NCBI RefSeq assembly: GCF_009914755.1
Contig: NC_060947.1
Strand: one strand, 5' to 3'
Source of the DNA: the human T2T-CHM13v2.0 reference genome, Homo sapiens
Length of the DNA: 64,000 nt
Shown: one piece after another, positions 49,148 through 64,000 of the stretch
How the letters are laid out: the number at the start of each line of letters is the position of its first letter
How positions within the stretch are numbered: the first letter of the stretch is position 1
Notes under the pieces: model-generated
The model's input: the letters and a program-made list of their open reading frames with translations, nothing else
Told to the model about the DNA's origin: nothing
The model's database searches: none
Made by a program: the position numbers and the translations under genes

Positions 49148-49539
49148 CTGTTGCAAAAGAAAATAAAGATGAGAATTCAGAATCAATGACTGGATTCAAA
49201 AGAATAACTCTGCTCTGATTTGATTAAGTTTTCCAGACATGTATTTAAAATGTCAGTATAAAATCCTGCATGGTTATCCCACATGGATTCAAAATCTACT
49301 GAAGTGAATCAGTAACCTCCAAGTGTTCTATTCATGAATAAATTACTTGCTATATAAATCCAATGATATTCCCTCCATTAAAGAAAAAAACAAACATATA
49401 TAGACATAAACAATGAGAGATTGAACTAAACAGGTTGATGATCTGAAACCTCCCCTTCCTAAAATATTATTATTAAGCAATATCCTAATAACTGCTTAAA
49501 TTTTACCAATTTCATTGTTGTTTAAGAGCTCTAAACCCC

Positions 49540-49830
<291 letters not shown>

Positions 49831-50051
49831 CTACACACATAATAACAGGCAGGATTGATTTTCTTATTTTCATGATTAATCATGACTCGGTATACTCTTG
49901 CTTATTCCTTAGCTGCTAAACCTCTGTTCTATTATCCAAAAGGGACTCAGGCACCAAGGGGAAAAATTAGCTTACTAAGGAATCCCACCAAATTAAAATG
50001 GCATCTACGTTAAATGTCATGAGTAAAGGCAAGACAACTCAAGGCATTTAC

Positions 50052-50247
50052 CTGCAGGTGTCTGGGTGAAATAGCTTGTGCTTCTGGCAGCAGGTCTCCA
50101 GACTTTCTTTGCACTCAAAGCAACTGCAGTTTTTGGGGTGCTGGATTAGATCTTTGGGACATGGTGTTTTACAGACACACTCGCAACGATCTTCGTCAAA
50201 CATCATGTGTGGCCCACAGAGAGCTGGTTCCTGGAGATGAGAGTGGT
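50052..50247 (-). CDS. VEGFD: VEGFD exon 6 (Cys-rich CX10CXCXC repeats: CGPHMMFDEDRCECVC...)
   Basis: 196 nt, acceptor ctttag, donor gtaaat; phases consistent. Confidence 0.97.
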
Positions 50248-53200
50248 CTAAAGAGAAACAGAAACGTGTTGGTCAGATAGTTGTAGTGTGGCAATTGGAT
50301 CACCAAAGTTGATTGTATCTTTTATGTCATCCGTAAGTAACTTGGATTCACCCAATCTCCTTCCTATAGATTTATGCCCCTAATTTTTTCACAGGGTGAG
50401 GAAGATTAACCTCTGATTTCACAATACAAACACAGGTTTGTGTGTTTTCTTAGGTTTGTGATTTTTAAAATATCATAAGCTGAATATTTTTCATAAAATA
50501 TTTTTAGAGATTTTTATGTTGATGACTTGTTTAGAATGCAAACTTCCACAACCAAGTATTAGTAATAAAATATAGGATGTCTAAGGGTTATGAATCTAGC
50601 TGTCTCCATTTTTTGGTGGAGATTAAAAGGAGAGACACACAAAATAATTGGTGTTGTAGAAATACACCTCAGACATTCCAGGCCAGGCGTAGCAATAGCA
50701 ATGCATGTCCTCACTGCAGATCATAACACTAGTATAAAAGATATAGGAGTAATAATGAACTTTGATTCCACCAACATCTGCTGGAAGATACATTCAAGTA
50801 AAGGGGAGGGTCTGAGAAGTTTTTGACATACTCATCTGACAAATATTTCTTCTAGAAGGTGTATAAAACAATTGAATAGCTACTACTCCAAATCCATTTC
50901 TGATTAACAAGTTGAAATTCATTGCAAAATAAATGGAAGAGACAGAAACTTTGGAAGAACTTGACTCTGTCCCTTTAGCATTCTTGAAGGTTTTGGAGGG
51001 ACGTACATGTTTAGTAGTTTTCTCCCCAAATCTGCTTCTCTCCCAGTTTGCCTCATTTAGGGAATGGTGACATCATTCTTGACTCACCTGCTCTGGTAAG
51101 TCTGAGCATCATGTCCACTCAGTTCTGCCTCTCTAAATTTGTTCTTTATTTTCCATCCCCACTACCACTCCCACAATTCAGTCTGTACCTTGTGTTTCTT
51201 TTGTAGATGGCTGTCGCTCTGTCACTCATCTCACCACCACAAGTTTTATCCCTCCAACCTATTCTTCTTCACATGATTAACAAATGCAAACCAAATCACT
51301 TCATTCCACTGCTTTGAATGCATTAAAAGGTTCCCTTCCCACAATAAAAACCAATTTTCCCACCAGGACATACAAGGCCCTCCATGAACTGGATCATAGT
51401 AACCTCACAGACTCATCTTCTGTTTCTTGCTTTCATATATCCTGTGTGTTCCATTTATACCAAATGACAGCACTTTCTGTTGCCCTGATATTCCAGTGCC
51501 TCCCAGTCCCATGCCTTTGGCCTTGTCTTTCCTTCTGCCATCCCTTTTCCCTGACATCTTTCCCAATGTCTGCAGGTTTAGCTAAGTGTCCTTATCCTGT
51601 GCATATTGCTGTCCGATTCTTTCTTGCACTGATTACATTTGTCTGTTTACTTGTATGTTTCCCCCATTAAGTAAAATGTCCTGAAGGAGAAGGAGCAGGT
51701 CTCATTGTTCTGATATAAAATAGGCACTCGATGGATGTTTGTTGGGTTTATTTGGTGTAATAAAAGGGTCCTGAAGCAGGCCGATGTATGGAGCTTCTGG
51801 GAATCCCATCCAGCATTCCAAGCCATTGGGTTAAACCATATGTTCTTGCCAATATCTGACTTTAATGACATATCAAAATGAGAATCTCGTGCGGTTCAAC
51901 TTTATAGTTTAAACTTTTCTGTAATGCACGACGTTTGAGAATGGGTGCTGGAAGGCTAAATCTGAGAAGTCTCCATTTTGAACTTTGTGGAGAGGGAAAA
52001 TGTGAGCTCTGTAAGTCATATGCCAGTGAGGCAGATGCCGCTTTGGGGTAAGACAAGAGTAACTTGTTAAAGGATAAAGAGGCTTTTTAAAAATTCGCAA
52101 TGATCACTAGGTGGCAGCAGAAGTTCACTAAGAATACTTCAGACAGGCCCAAGGCCATTGTTGGACAGGGTTGTTCAGGGAAACACAATCCACAAGGTGT
52201 TTGCAGAACTTCAGCAGGCTGTTTGGCAGAGTCTGTGCTCACATCCTTATAGCCAAGTTAAAAGAAACAAAAACTGGATGCAAGAGAACTGGTGGTGGAA
52301 CAGCAAGTAGCTGAGGGTGATATCTTGAAGTATTATGTATTGATTTCCGTCCCTAGAGAGTCTGATGATATGTTCTGTTCTCAGCTTTGTTCCTTTTACC
52401 ATTTTTATCAATAAACTGATAGAATTTTTTCAAAATAAATTCTTGAAATTGTAGCTCTCTTCAAGAAGGAAGGGATATATTAAGTATTTTAAAATACAGA
52501 ATTGGGACCTCCTCAATTTATTCTTTTGTGTGTGTGTGTGTTTGTGTATATCGTTTGTTTTAACAATTTAGAGCAATGACCTGACTCTAACAAGACTCAA
52601 TTAAATTAGACTTGGATTCACTAACCTAAATGTGCTCATCTGGGCAAGAGAAGTCACTGTAGAAAAGGCAGTTGGCTTAACAGTCACATGTGCGGAAAAA
52701 AAGTATAGTGAGCAGTAAGCTCAGTAAATCCCATCAATTTGATGGGGCCACTGGAGAAATGAATGTGAACTTGATCCACATTGGGGACTTATAGGAGATG
52801 AGAATGAGAAACAATTGTGATCCAGTCCACCCTGCGCCTCTCACTTACATCATTGCTACAACTTCCCAAAAGGTTTCCTGCCTCCTTCCCTGCCCCGAGT
52901 CAACACATCCTCTTCTACACTGTTGCTGATATGATTTTGTTAAAATTCTAATGGGTACTGTCACTCTCCTGCTTTAGCCAGTTGTGTGGTTTCCCTTTGT
53001 CCTTAGTATCACATCCAAGCTCCCACGCAAGAATTACAAGGTCCTTCTGCTTTGCCCCTGTGAGCCTGTCCAGCTTCTTCTCTCACATCTAACCAGCCCC
53101 TTCCCCATTATGTCCCCACCCATTATATCCCCACCATGCTGAACTTCTTCCAGTATGTTCTCTCACCTCCAGCCCTGAGTGCTCATATACCCGCTGCTTA

Positions 53201-53571
53201 GAACAGCACTTCTCTTCTTCCCTATTCTTCTTACCACCCTCTACACACGTGTACTGGCTGAGTGCCTTCCCAAGAATTATCTCCAGCAGAAATAAGCTGC
53301 CTCTCCTAAGGCTACATCCCCTCTCCAAGGCAGCCAATGAACGGTCTACAGGGCTCAGCCTCTTCACCTAGATTTAAGACTTACCCCCGCAGGGGTTCCC
53401 AGCTTCAACTTCCCATTGGCTTAGGCTGATGCCTCTTAGCAACTGCGCTGTGGTCTGCTGCCTCTCTCTTTACCCTTTAATGCCTTGTGCCTGCCTACAA
53501 ACCTCCTCCGTACAAAACTGTCTCAGAGGCTTTGTGCCAGGAAATCCTCAGCTAGAGCCTTTAAGCTCTAA

Positions 53572-54400
<829 letters not shown>

Positions 54401-54517
54401 AACCCCACAAAAATTTTCTAACACTTTTAGAACATGAGTCACATGGAGAAAGAATTAGATTTGTTTTACATGGTTCTATAGGGTAAAACCTGAACTAATG
54501 AGTTGATGCTCTTGAGC

Positions 54518-54812
54518 TGGGCTGTCCAACAAGGTAGCTATGGGCCATATGTGACTATTGGGCATGAAATAGAGAGTCTAAATTGAGATGTGCTGTAAGT
54601 GTACAACACACACTGGATTTCAAAGACTTAGCACAAAGAATGTAGGCTAGCTCATAAATTTTTTATATTGATTGCATGTTGAAATGATAGTACATTGGAT
54701 AGATTGGATTAAATAAAATATATTAAGATAAATTTCACTTGTTTCTTTTTATCTTTTTAATGTAAAATGTGAGTTACATATATGACTCTTATTGTATTCC
54801 ATTGGGCAGTCT
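54518..54812. mobile_element. MER33-like hAT element
   Basis: ctgtccaa...aattgagatgtgctgtaagtgta...ttgggcag. Confidence 0.7.
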
Positions 54813-55953
54813 GGTCTGTTCTGGAGAGAGATTTCATTTCAGTATAACAACAGGAGTGTGCCCACCCCTTGGTGCTGCCTCACTGGATGGCGAGTCTCCA
54901 AATAACTGATGTATGTTCTGGTAGAGGATGGCTGAACACTTGGTGGGAAGGGTGTAAAGAACATTCAAGATCGGCATGGGCATTTAAACCACATAAATAT
55001 TAAATTTCCCCACATGCTCTGGGCTGAGCTTTCGTGAAAACATTTAGAAGGAAGCTGAGAGGCAGAAGAATGGAGAGTAGGTTGCTATTTACAGTTTATA
55101 GGACAGATTTCTTAGAGTTTAGCCCTTACTGTTCTTGCTTATAGATTATAGTTTAAAACAAGCAAGGTTAAAACTGCATGACTACTTGTGACTTTTTTTT
55201 TCTTTCTTTTTTTTTTTTGGTGGAACCATGTAAAGCTCTCTGGAAAATACATTAAAATGCATTCATTTTCAAGCAAATGTTCATCACCCAAAGTCACAGA
55301 ATTACGGATTATGAGCAATGACAATTTGACTATATCTCATTTTGCTCCCAGCTCCCCTTAGACCAATAGCCATATTTTGCTTTTGCTTTGCCCTAATTCC
55401 AGAAAAATTTTCTCTTATTCTCCATTTCTTTTTTCAAATTACTGGCGTGTTTTCATATGATGCAGCTGACAGAAACCAAGTCCAAAATTACTTTATGTTC
55501 CTGTGAGACTTTTATACAAATAAATTAGTAAACTGCAGTTGACTAGTATTTAGTTCTGAAGCAGCTTTCATTCAAGTTTAACATCCCCTTTCAATTTCAG
55601 TGTTTCAGGATGCTCCAACCACTCTGGGCTTTTCTTTGAGATTAAAAAGCAGAGTGATGCATTGATGGACTTACTATATGATTATGGTACAGAGGGTTCT
55701 GGAATCTGACCACTTCTATCACTCTCAGCTGTGTGACCTTGAGGAAATTACTCGATATCTTGGTGTGCCCATTTTGTAATTGTAAAAAAAGAAATAACAA
55801 TAGTACATTACAGGGTTGTTGTGAGAATTAAATGAGTTAAAACATATACAAGATTTACAACATTGTCTGGTCATACTAAGTACTCAATAACGGTTGCTGC
55901 TATTGTTGCTACTTTTATTATTACTGTTATTATTTTACTACTACTATCATTAC

Positions 55954-56054
55954 CTTCTGTTCCAGCAAGTGGATTTTCCTCCTGCAAAACACATTTACAT
56001 TTGTTGCTATCCCATAGCATGTCAATAGGACAGAGTTTCTTGGAATGGGAACAG
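55954..56054 (-). CDS. VEGFD: VEGFD exon 5 (CSHSKKLCPIDMLWDSNKCKCVLQEENPLAGTE)
   Basis: 101 nt, acceptor tcctag, donor gtaatg. Confidence 0.97.
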
Positions 56055-56327
56055 CTAGGAAAAGAAAACAATGAACCAGATTTAAAAGCTTTCAAGGATA
56101 ATCAAAACTTTGGAACATTAAATAAATTCCTGAGTAGATAATAGTTAAGATTTTTTAAATTTATTTTTTGCTTTTTATACTCAGTTTGGAGAAATAAGGT
56201 TTTGAGATCTATTGCACAGCATGGTAACTATAGTCAATAATAATAATGTATTTTATATTTCCAAATTGCTAAGAGAGTAAATTTCAAATGTTCTCACCAC
56301 AAAATGATAAGGATGTGAGAAGAGTTA

Positions 56328-56677
<350 letters not shown>

Positions 56678-56857
56678 TTACTAGATAGTGATTCTGTAAT
56701 TATAAATATTCTACGTGGAAATGTTTAGAAACTAAACTGTAATTTTGGAAATTGTAATCTTCTTAAGAAGGTATATGTTAAAACTATGCAAATTATAGCT
56801 GTCAACAGTTTATTTACGAAAATTAAATATGTTCTAACATACCTCCTAAGATTATTT

Positions 56858-57156
<299 letters not shown>

Positions 57157-58035
57157 CCTAAGATTATTTTCTTTAAAATAAAGATAAAAGCATTGGCCAG
57201 AACAGCAGGAACATCTTGAGAATAAATGTTGCTTTTCTACAAGTTTTCTTTTCTGCTGGAGAGAGGCGGGAGGTGTCTTCTTGGTTCAATGTTAACTAAT
57301 CACCAGCTTACTCTTTTACTTGCCACTCACACAATATATTTATTGCTTTACTTTTGCAAAGTCTAAGTATCTAACTAATGATCTTTTCATTCAGTTACCC
57401 TTTACTTGTTTCTTTATATTAAATCCTTTTTTTTCTTCAAATAAGTGATCCTTACCTTTGGTTTTGTCGTTTGTCTTATAAATAATCACAAAATTAATCT
57501 CAAGAGAATTTCAAAGCCAAATTAATTTTAAGTCATTTTAATTTAAAATAAGGGTTTTCCATTTGGTAATCTTAAGGGGGAAAGATTAGAAAGTTGCAAA
57601 ACTCACGTGCTGCTAGTTTTGTCACTCCCCAATGACCCCAGGAATCTTCTTTGTTTTCTCTCATTTCAGGATGTAAATATACAAACAGCCTGAAATAAGT
57701 TTTATTTAATGCTTGTTCTGGAACATGTGCTAAATTTGAGGTTACAGCGGTTTTACACCTGCAGTAGACTATGCATATTAAGAACAAACGTGTCTACAAG
57801 TAGACATGACAAGCTCATACCACTGAGCGTTTTGGTCCTACCACAATATATATCTAACATCTAATAAAAATATGTATTTGCCAGTTATTACCAGTAGGTT
57901 CAGGTTAGAAGCTAAAATATGAATAATTTGAAGATAAATTGATAACTCTACATTAATGAAAAATCCTCTACACACAGTTTTGGCAAGGCAAAAATAAGCA
58001 TAATCCAGTATAAAAAAAAAAACAAAAGTGCTTAC

Positions 58036-58184
58036 CGATCTTCTTCAGGGATCTGGATGGATCTTCTGATAATTGAGTATGGATGGCGGGGGGCTGTTGG
58101 CAAGCACTTACAACCTGTATGATTGGCAACTTTAACAGGCACTAATTCAGGTACTGATGTCAAAGGCACTGATATCTCAAAGAG
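58036..58184 (-). CDS. VEGFD: VEGFD exon 4 (LFEISVPLTSVPELVPVKVANHTGCKC...IIRRSIQIPEEDR), end of the VEGF homology domain and convertase site RR|S
   Basis: 149 nt, acceptor ctgtag, donor gtaagc. Confidence 0.97.
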
Positions 58185-58514
58185 CTACAGCAGAGAAAGA
58201 TAACCACAATATATTTTTTTAATTTTATATATCATTTTTAAAGTTGTTCTAGTCTGAATTTTTGCCTTTGTCATTTACGGCAATGACTTTAGCCAAGTTG
58301 TCCATTAAGAATGGAACTAAACAGGCTCATCTAACTTTATGAAGTGTTTAAGTTTGGTCAAATCTTTTAACTTTTTGATCATTGATACTCTTGTAAAATG
58401 GTACTGTTAATCCCTGCTCCTGCTTTAAATTTGAGTGTAAATCGTAAGGGTTAAATGAGATTAAAGCTATGCAGTTTCTTTAGGATTTTATTAGAATAGA
58501 TTATTATTCAAACT

Positions 58515-58912
58515 ATTTATTCATCCCTTCTCACACCATCTCTATTGAAGAAATATAGTTTCCTGTCTCTTGACTTTTTATTTGGCCATGTCACTTTCTT
58601 TGGCTAGTGGGATGTTAGCAGACATGACAGAAGTACAAATTTGAACTGTGCATGTTTTATGGGGCTTGTTTTCTCAAACTTATGCTATAGCCATGAAAAG
58701 AACATAATCCGGCAGGCTTGCTGGTCCAAGCGATGGGAAACATAGAAGTTGACTTGGACTCACACTGCAGCTTAGAGTCAAGCCCAGCTGAATCCACCCT
58801 AAACTAACTGAACCTCAGATACATAAGTGAGAGTAAATCATTGTTGTTTGGAACCACTGAGTTTTAGTGTGTTTGTTACGTAGCACTGTGTATTAATAGC
58901 TGACTGATACAA
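58515..58912 (+). mobile_element. MaLR LTR (old MLT1)
   Basis: Ends tttgttacgtagca...atagctgactgataca. Confidence 0.65.
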
Positions 58913-60604
58913 GATCATCATGCCCAAACAAATAATTATAGCTAACATGTATATCATTCTTTCTACGCTTTCCGTAGGCCAGGCCCTGTTGTAAGTGCTT
59001 TCATGTTAACTCATTTACCCCTTATAACAACATTATGGGGTGGGTTTTTATTATCCCCATCTTACAGGTGAAGAAACAGATGTACAGAGAGATTACACAA
59101 CTTTCTTGAGTGGTTCTATGATGTGTGGATGAGTTTGAAGTTGATTTTAATGCATTGTCTATTCAATCACCATTCCATGTAGTCCTTACTACATAGAGTA
59201 TTCATTTGTTCACTTTGTTTCTAAGAGGTGGTTTGCCAAATAGTCCATAACTTTGGGGCGAGAGATAGTTTTTAAAAAACTACTATTAAAATGTTCAAAA
59301 ATGCATATTTGGAAGAAAAACTGCTGTACACTTACACTTAAGTACATTGTATGAAATTAATCATTTGTTGAGTACAGCAGTCAAAATAAAGTACTCAACT
59401 ATCTATTAAGTGGAAGCAATCCATTAAGGTTGTGTTTATTCTGACATCTCAATATGTAATGGAACTTCCATGAGTCTCAGTGAGAGTGTTTTTGTAGTGT
59501 TTACTTTGCATAAACTTCATCTTCTTGCACAATTTTTTGGCTATGCTCTAGGGAATCACATGATCATGAACTAAACCCTCTTACGTTATGCAAGCTTTTT
59601 TTCTACTCAGAATTGATGCTTAGCCCTACTTGGGTCATTTTTTTTTCCTAATTGTCAAATAGTAGAGGTTAAAATACACACAAGCTCCAAGATTCTCTAA
59701 AAGAATTTAGAAAAAGAAACTCTGCAGTTTAAAGGATATTTTAGAGGGTGGAGGAACAAAATTAAGGATAAGTAAATCTATTAACAAAACAAATCAGCAT
59801 TAAGAAAATTACCTAACATGGATATATTCAGTGCATGTAATTTTCTTGTACTACCTCTTTTTGCAGTTAAAAGGAGAATAAACCATATAGGCAAACTGAC
59901 AATTAAATAAGTATATCAACATTCAAAGAATTTGCAACAGATACCAAAAATAATGTAGTTTGATGTACAGTTTTTTAGTATTGCTTTCCCAAGTTTGTTA
60001 CTACTGCTCTCATATGCGACATTTATTAAAAACATGGTAACCAGAGAAAGGAAAACTTACCTACTAAGCAAAGGGAAATTTATAAGATGAAGAGGGCTGA
60101 ATTATTTCTTTCATGGGGACTGCAGAATTATTTCCAAATGTCTTTTGTGCTAGATATTCTCTCTTTGCCCCTCCAGAGACACCATCCTCTCCCCTTCCTT
60201 CCCCATCAGGCTCTGTGCCCCAGGACGCTGCCCTCCATGGGCTACATCTATAAACCCTCTTGCCTCTCCCAGCCCCTGCCCCTACTCCCTGCCAGGCTAA
60301 GAGTTGACAGTGGCCAGTCCAGAAACCCTCTTCTCCGCTTTCCCTCTGGGTTCCCATAACTGCTCCCTCCCCTTGTCTCCTCAGTCGAAGGGTGGGGAAA
60401 TCTCACCCTTTTTGCTAGCTTCAGGTGCTTCACTGTCCCATCCCTCTTTCCCCAATTCTGCCCACAACCTTCATTAAATTTTTCTCAATCACTCCATTTG
60501 AGCAACACAGAACCTGCCATCAGCTATCTTCATTCCTTTTAACATCCTGTCCTAGTAACTTCCATATGGTTTTCTGAGTCTTGACATCATAGCATCAGAG
60601 AGAC

Positions 60605-60825
60605 AATAACTGATAAGAGTTCAGGCTCTGGCCTCCCACAGACCTGGGTTTGAATCCCAGCTCTGCTATTTATCAGCCGTGTAAACTTGGATAAGTAAGT
60701 TACCTCTCTGAGCCTCAGTTTCCTCATCTATAAAGGAGCATAAAATACCCTCTTGATTTGTTTCAAAGATTAAATGCGATTATGCACATAAAGCATTTAG
60801 TACAGTGTTTAGCAACAAGGTTGTT
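60605..60825. mobile_element. MIR
   Basis: Core agacctgggtttgaatcccagctctgc...ctctgagcctcagtttcctcatctataaa. Confidence 0.8.
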
Positions 60826-60888
60826 GTAGCTATCAACACTATTATCATCAGGGCTTTAGAGACGGCAGGCTTGCCGATGTCCTTATAC

Positions 60889-61079
60889 CTGTTTGGAAAT
60901 GTACGAGGTGCTGGTGTTCATACAGATAAGGCTCTCTTCATTGCAACAGCCACCACATCGGAACACGTTCACACAAGGGGGCTTGAAGAATGTGTTGGTA
61001 CTCTTCCCCAGCTCACTGGCCACCTCCACGCACGTTTCTCTAGGGCTGCACTGAGTTCTTTGCCATTCTTCATCTATAA
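60889..61079 (-). CDS. VEGFD: VEGFD exon 3 (IDEEWQRTQCSPRETCV...PPCVNVFRCGGCCNEE...SKQ), PDGF/VEGF cystine knot; exons 1-2 lie beyond the right edge
   Basis: 191 nt, acceptor ctgcag, donor gtataa; PxCVxxxRCxGCC signature. Confidence 0.98.
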
Positions 61080-61974
61080 CTGCAGAGAGAAAGAAAGCTC
61101 ACTGGGGCTAGCAGGTGGAATGGTCCTGGTGTGCCAACATGTGCCAGGGTTATGCTGAACACAGTCATTTTCACATTTCTACTGCTTGTTTCTTTTACTA
61201 GATGGATATTTTTTGTCAGTCCTTTAACCAAAGATTGTTTGCAGAGAAGTTACAACCAATCTCTGTGCTCTTTCCCATTTATACCATACCTTGTAGAATA
61301 TAAGTATTTTATTTCCCTTTGAGGTAGAACACCATGTCCTGTACATAATTACACTGAATACATCTGGAGAAGCTGGTTAATAGGGAAGTAAATAGAAGCG
61401 TGTAAAGAAATAACATGTAAATATTATTTATCAAGCAATTTATAGGATACAGCTGGATAGCATTTCTTCTGCTTTAAAGCCAGGTGTAGGTAGGTTTTAG
61501 CATCATCAAGAAATATGTTTCTGTTGGTTGCTTAAGTAACTACAGTAGGATTTAAACTTGGCAAACGCATAAATGGAAATTGAAGTGAAACTAATCCTTA
61601 CTCAAATCAGAGTTTTCTCATTTGCAAGTGCCCGATACTGATATTTATGTAAATGATGAAATAAGCCTGTTCTTATTACTGGAATGAGCAATCCTTTGAC
61701 CATAGTTAATTTGAAGGTAACAAAAAAAGAAGCCTATGGGAATAAAAAAATTATATACTTTCTTGTAAAACAGTACTTGCTTTTCTCTCATAATTTATTT
61801 TTTAAATTAGATTTTGACCCTTTGATACTTAATGCTGCATAGCCTTTCTACAGGTGTTTTGGGGGAAAGATTCAATTTTATGATAAAGACAACACAAAGA
61901 CTTCCTTGTAGCTTGCCATGGAACTGTAGAGTTTATTTATTATGTGTGGGGTTGTGGTGCTGGTGAAAATCTCT

Positions 61975-62885
61975 TGTGGTAGGCAGCTTTGAAACTAACC
62001 CCCAGTGGTCCCCATCTCCTGATAGTCATGCCCTTGTGTAAATGCCTTCCCCTCGTGTGTGAGCTGAACCTAGTAACTTGCTTCTTATGAAGAGAATACA
62101 GCAAAAGTGATGGGATACCACTTCCATGATGAAGTTAAAAAAGATTGCAGTCTTGTTTCTACTTATTGCAAGCTCCCTTCTTTCTTACTCTGTCTCACTT
62201 TCTCACACACACTCTCTCTCTCTCTCTCCTCCTTCTCCACTTGCAGGCTTTTTTTTTTTTTTTTTTTTTTAGCTTATTTTACTTTAAGTTCTGGGATACA
62301 TGTGCAGAACGTGCAGGTTTGTTACACAGGTATGCATGTGCCACGGTGGTTTGCTGCACCCGTCAACCCGTCATCTAGGTTTCAAGCCCCGCATGCATTA
62401 GGTATTTGTCCTAATGCTCTCCCTCCCTTTGCCCCCCACCCACCAACAGGCCCTGGTTTGTGATGTTCCCCTCCTTGTGTATATGTGTTCTCATTGTTCA
62501 ACTCCCACTTATGAGTGAGAACATGCGGTGTTTGGTTTTCAGTTCTTGTGTTAGTTTGCCGCCATGTTAGAAAGGTCCACACGACAAGGAACTTGAGGCA
62601 GCCTCTGGCCAATAGCCAGCGAGGAACTAAGACCCTCAGTCCAACAGCCTGTGAGGAATTGAGTCCTGCAAACAACAGCTGACTGAACTTGAAAGCACAC
62701 TCTGCTTCAGCTGTGCCCTAAGATGCCTGCAGCCCAAGCCAACATCTTAACTGCAGCCTCCAGAGACATCTGAAGCAGAAAAACTGATCTAGGCCATGTC
62801 AGCATTTCTGGCCCACAGAAACTGAGATAAATATTGTTTTAAGTAGCTAAGTTTTGTGGTAATGTGTTATGCAACAATAGGCAAA
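61975..62885 (+). mobile_element. MLT1 LTR interrupted by an antisense L1PA 3' end (about 62249-62540)
   Basis: MLT1 halves resemble 4768-5265; L1 3' UTR with poly-T. Confidence 0.8.
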
Positions 62886-63222
62886 CTCTCCTTTATTTTT
62901 ACTGCATTTTCAAGAACTCTCCTGAGATTATCCTGAATTCCCATATAGGGGAATAGAAGGAATAGAGAAAACGTCTGCTTGAAGTATACTGATACAATAT
63001 TACCATTTGAGATGTGACCCTAGTCCCTAAATTATTCCCTTATAACATCTTCTCCATTCCTTTCTCCTTTTTCATCCCTTAATACCAATTTTTTTCATAT
63101 GTTGCTTCTTCAATCACTGAAAACATAATATGAGTTGTCTGGAGCACTGCATTATACTACACAGTCTACCTAAACTTTGTTTTTTTTTATTTTTTTCCTC
63201 ATAATAAAACATTCTATCCTGA

Positions 63223-63521
<299 letters not shown>

Positions 63522-64000
63522 CCCCAAGAAACCTTTTTAAAAATTTCTGATTATTAATATTTATATAAAAAGCCTGAAGGCTGAACACATGAGAGATAAA
63601 TTACTCAATTAAGTATTATTATGGTTATTATTTAATTCACTATAATTAATCATGAATCCTTGAAAAAACAAGAAACCAACCTATGAAAATATTCCCAATT
63701 TAAAATTCTACTTAAAGGTTGCTTTCCATTTGCTTTTTCTCTTTTTATAAAACTAAGTTTTGAAATTGGAGTGGTAAGCTTTTAATCAAAATCATATGCA
63801 ATTATGACCAACATCACTGATTAAAGGCTTCATAACTCTACTATTCTTTACTGCTTCCCAGCAGGACTGCTCTGCCTCAGGAAATTACCTTGAAATCCAC
63901 AAGGGAGAGTTGATAACAAATTCTAATTGGTGTAACATGCTGATTTCATTATTGACTGCTTCTAACTTAGTAAATAACTTCAGATGATCCCCTAGAAATT

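Overview
Human (primate) genomic DNA. The protein translations identify it as the Xp22.2 ASB11-PIGA-VEGFD(FIGF) interval, with all three genes on the minus strand in tandem. The window holds the 5' part of ASB11 (two alternative first coding exons plus exons 2-3), the complete PIGA gene (6 exons, 1455-nt CDS = 484 aa, CpG-island promoter at about 38.0-38.8 kb) and exons 3-7 of VEGFD. I located exon boundaries by hand from GT/AG sites and reading phase. The rest is repeat-rich intron and intergenic DNA (about 28 Alus, L1/L2/MIR, MaLR and ERV1 LTRs, hAT elements), and most ORFs in the supplied track are repeat artefacts. No new protein-coding gene or prokaryote-type system is supported. The best leads are: (1) a PIGA exon-2 switch, where one strong exon-1 AUG is a uORF or a true start depending on splicing and inverted Alus bracket exon 2; (2) a 155-bp C-depleted LTR-like fragment that looks APOBEC3-hypermutated; (3) a palindromic PIGA 5' splice site; (4) an ETS-motif hairpin; (5) two CTCF-like motifs; (6) a young AluYa-type insertion nested in an older Alu. 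Repeat family names are from recognition, not a database search.
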